Assembly (NCBI GenBank): GCA_037443035.1
Contig: JBBIPC010000004.1
Location: 89,602-153,601 of the forward strand
Length of the DNA stretch: 64,000 nt
Direction: 5' to 3'
Origin: Chthonomonadales bacterium
Lineage (GTDB): Bacteria > Armatimonadota > Chthonomonadetes > Chthonomonadales > CAJBBX01
Positions 61,375 through 64,000 of the stretch are shown piece by piece (position 1 is the stretch's first letter; every line of letters starts with the position of its first letter). The notes under the pieces are model-generated. The model did no database searches. It was not told the DNA's origin and saw only the letters and a program-made list of their open reading frames with translations. A program made the translations under genes and the position numbers.

Positions 61375-62148
61375 ATGCACGACGCGCCCGACATCCTCGA
61401 CGAACTAGTCCTTCTTTCCCGTTACCTGGGTGACCCAGCGAATGACCTGGCGATTCTTGGAGAAGGGAATACCTCCGCCAAGTTCGACAGTGAGACGTTC
61501 TTGGTAAAGAAGAGCGGCGCAGGGCTGGCCGAATCCGCAAGGGACAGCTTCGTACAGGTTCGGTTCGCGCCCATCTTGGAAGCGCTAGACGGGCCTGAAC
61601 TGTCCGATGCTGCGGTGAAAGACGTCCTCCTCGCCGGGCGCGTCGGCTGCACGGGCGAAAGTCCTCGCCCATCGGTCGAGACGTTTCTCCATGCATATCT
61701 TCTCTCGCTGCCCGGTGTTCGCTTTGTCGGTCACAGCCATCCTACGGCCGTGAACGCCATCCTGTGCTCTCAACAAGCACGAGAGGCCGTGTCAGGCCGG
61801 CTCTTTCCCGATGAGATCGTCTGCTGCGGACCTGCTGTGTGCTTCGTCGAGTACACGGATCCTGGCATCGTGCTTGCGCGCGCACTCAGAGAAGCCGTGG
61901 AAGAGTATGTGAGTACGCACAACATGCCGCCGAAGGTCATCCTCATGCAGAATCACGGTCTCATTGCCACAGGCAGCAGTACGAAGGATGTCATCGCAGC
62001 GACTGCCATGTATGTGAAGACGGCGCGCGTCCTGCTCGGTACGTACGCTCTCGGGGGTCCGCGTTTTCTGACGCCTGCGCAAGTTGCACGTATACATACG
62101 CGTCCAGACGAGTACTACCGCAAGAAGCAAATCGCGGAACAGCAATGA
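61375..62148 (+). CDS. Class II aldolase/adducin family protein
   Basis: GEGNTSAK, RPSVETFLH, VGHSHP, LMQNHGL. Confidence 0.88.
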   Translation: MHDAPDILDELVLLSRYLGDPANDLAILGEGNTSAKFDSETFLVKKSGAGLAESARDSFVQVRFAPILEALDGPELSDAAVKDVLLAGRVGCTGESPRPSVETFLHAYLLSLPGVRFVGHSHPTAVNAILCSQQAREAVSGRLFPDEIVCCGPAVCFVEYTDPGIVLARALREAVEEYVSTHNMPPKVILMQNHGLIATGSSTKDVIAATAMYVKTARVLLGTYALGGPRFLTPAQVARIHTRPDEYYRKKQIAEQQ

Positions 62149-62166
62149 TAGACATGGAGCGTGAAC

Positions 62167-63882
62167 ATGGATAAGCTCGAGGAATACAAGTCCGGCCGAG
62201 GCCCGATCCCTCGTCGCATGCTGAAGTGGTTCTTGTACGGCCAGGGCATCGAGAGTCTCAAGATCGCCGAGGTGGCGGTGCCGGAGATCGGTCCGGATGA
62301 GATACTGGTCCGCCAAGACGCCAACGGCCTGTGCTTCTCCGACACCAAGGTCATTGCGCTTGGCAACAACCATCCACGCATGCAAGGTCGCGATCTTGCG
62401 ACGGATCCCGCGACACTCGGCCACGAGGTCGCTGTCACCGTTGTCAAGGTTGGAGAGAATCGCAAGGCCATGTTCTCCGTCGGCGATCGCTTCATCGTCC
62501 AAGCTGACGTCTTCTACAAGGGCGTCTCCATGGCCTATGGCTACGCCATATCGGGCGGCCTTGCACAGTACAGCGTCATACCGACGCCCATGATAGATGG
62601 CGATGAAGGCTGCTACTTGCTGCCCGTCGCTAGAGATACCGGTTACGCCGAGACCGCTCTCGTCGAACCGTGGGCCTGCGTCGTGGGAGCCTACAACCAG
62701 TCTCACAGAGGCGGGCCCGCGCCAGACGGTCATATGCTCATCCTGGCAGGCGAAGGTGCTTCCCACGTCGATCTCGCACCGCTATTAAGCAAGACCACAC
62801 AGTTTCGCTCCCTTGTCATCGTGGGACCAGCATCGGCCGAGCTTGCACCAATGGTGACCGCAGAAAGGCTCGGCCATGTGGAGGATTGGGCGGCTCTCAA
62901 GGCGAGACGAACCGGCGACCACGGGTTCGACGATATTCTCGTGCTGGGCGAAGTGGCCCCCCAGCAGGTCGAGGAGGCGGCCGCGCTTCTGGCCAACCAC
63001 GGGATCGTGAACTTCACCGGGCCCTACCGGTTCGCGCGAAACCTCACACTCGACATTGGGCGGATTCACTACAACTGGCATCACTATGTCGGCACCACGA
63101 GCCTGAACCCGCTGGACGCATACCAGGAGAACCGTGGTGCTGATCTCAAGCCCGGCGGGGCAGCGTGGTTCATCGGTGCGGGCGGCCCCATGGGTCAGAT
63201 GCACGTGCAGCGCGCCGTCATGCACCCGAACCCTCCGGCCGTAGTCGTGGGGACCGATATTGACGCAGGCAGGCTCGCCACTCTCGTGGACAGGTACAGC
63301 CAGACGGCTCGACGGCGTGGCACCCGACTGATCGCCCTGAATCCGAAGGAGATGTCCCCGCAGGAGTTCGACAGCCGTCTGCGCGAGGTGTCGGGTGGCG
63401 GTTTCGATGATATTGTGTCGCTCGTGCCTGTGCCGGCGCTCATCGAACATGCCACGGGGTTCCTTGCCGATGGCGCCTGGTTCAACGTTTTTGCCGGTGT
63501 CGCCCGAGGCACCATGGCGTCCATCAATGTCAATGACATCCGCGAGAGACGTGTGCGGTACGTGGGAAGCAGCGGTTCATCCATCGCAGACATGAAGCAG
63601 ACCCTCGCCATGGTGGAGAGCGGCGAGCTTTCCACGAATGCATCGCTGGCCGCCATCGGCGGTATGCGCGCAGCAGCCGAAGGACTGGCAGGCGTCCGCG
63701 ACGGACGTTTCCCCGGCAAGACCCTGATCTTCCCGCTCATCGAAGATATGCCGCTCATGGCACTGACACAGCTCAAGGATGTCTATCCAACCGTTTGCGC
63801 CAAGCTCGCAGACGGTAAGTTCTGGACTCGTGAGGCCGAGGACGAGCTATTCCGTCTCACGATCGCGAGGGAGGGTGAATGA
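62167..63882 (+). CDS. Zn-dependent (MDR) dehydrogenase, L-sorbose-1-phosphate reductase-like, elongated
   Basis: GLCFSD..LGHE, ALVEPWACV, GAGGPMGQ, VGSSGS, GKTLIFP. Confidence 0.8.
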   Translation: MDKLEEYKSGRGPIPRRMLKWFLYGQGIESLKIAEVAVPEIGPDEILVRQDANGLCFSDTKVIALGNNHPRMQGRDLATDPATLGHEVAVTVVKVGENRKAMFSVGDRFIVQADVFYKGVSMAYGYAISGGLAQYSVIPTPMIDGDEGCYLLPVARDTGYAETALVEPWACVVGAYNQSHRGGPAPDGHMLILAGEGASHVDLAPLLSKTTQFRSLVIVGPASAELAPMVTAERLGHVEDWAALKARRTGDHGFDDILVLGEVAPQQVEEAAALLANHGIVNFTGPYRFARNLTLDIGRIHYNWHHYVGTTSLNPLDAYQENRGADLKPGGAAWFIGAGGPMGQMHVQRAVMHPNPPAVVVGTDIDAGRLATLVDRYSQTARRRGTRLIALNPKEMSPQEFDSRLREVSGGGFDDIVSLVPVPALIEHATGFLADGAWFNVFAGVARGTMASINVNDIRERRVRYVGSSGSSIADMKQTLAMVESGELSTNASLAAIGGMRAAAEGLAGVRDGRFPGKTLIFPLIEDMPLMALTQLKDVYPTVCAKLADGKFWTREAEDELFRLTIAREGE

Positions 63883-64000
63883 AGCGTCTAGAGAACCGTG
63901 TAGCCATTGTCACGGGTGCTGCCCAAGGACTGGGTGAGGCAATTGCACATCGCCTAGCCGCGGAGGGATGCCGTGCCGTGACGGTCGCGGACATGAACTA
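63879..64000 (+). CDS. SDR oxidoreductase (sorbitol-6-phosphate dehydrogenase-like), N-terminal part
   Basis: ATGA overlap; MKRLENRVAIVTGAAQGLGEAIAHRLAAEGC..ADMN (TGxxxGxG). Confidence 0.8.
   Translation, partial: MKRLENRVAIVTGAAQGLGEAIAHRLAAEGCRAVTVADMN

Overview
GC-rich bacterial chromosome segment. The many [25 protein letters not shown](A/S)xARExAR prepilin-like (DUF1559) genes suggest Armatimonadota or a relative (inference). In order: (1) start of a restriction-like defence operon running off the left edge (DUF499 ATPase, DUF3780-like small protein, N-terminus of a DUF1156 methylase); (2) tRNA-His; (3) a HhH-SEDS-transpeptidase fusion whose catalytic motifs look lost; (4) secG, two tat genes, a PfkB kinase and tRNA-Leu; (5) two divergent sugar ABC units, TauE, ruvC, a DegT aminotransferase, two DUF5696-like glycoside hydrolases and an MFS transporter; (6) DUF4097/DUF2089, gmk and PSP1; (7) a complete hdrCBA-mvhDGA group 3c [NiFe] hydrogenase operon with a patterned leader; (8) pruA, a Gfo oxidoreductase and a minus-strand TPR/M48/HIT/UDG operon; (9) three tandem DUF1559 genes interleaved with two membrane microproteins missed by the ORF track, followed by glycan-active proteins; (10) a metB-like gene; (11) a cobalamin riboswitch controlling a fourth DUF1559 gene plus two BtuF-like proteins; (12) a sugar-phosphate catabolic operon running off the right edge. 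The best candidate for an undescribed system is pilin-like DUF1559 proteins acting as substrate-capture modules for nutrient uptake (B12 and glycans). All family calls come from motif recognition by eye; no database searches were run.
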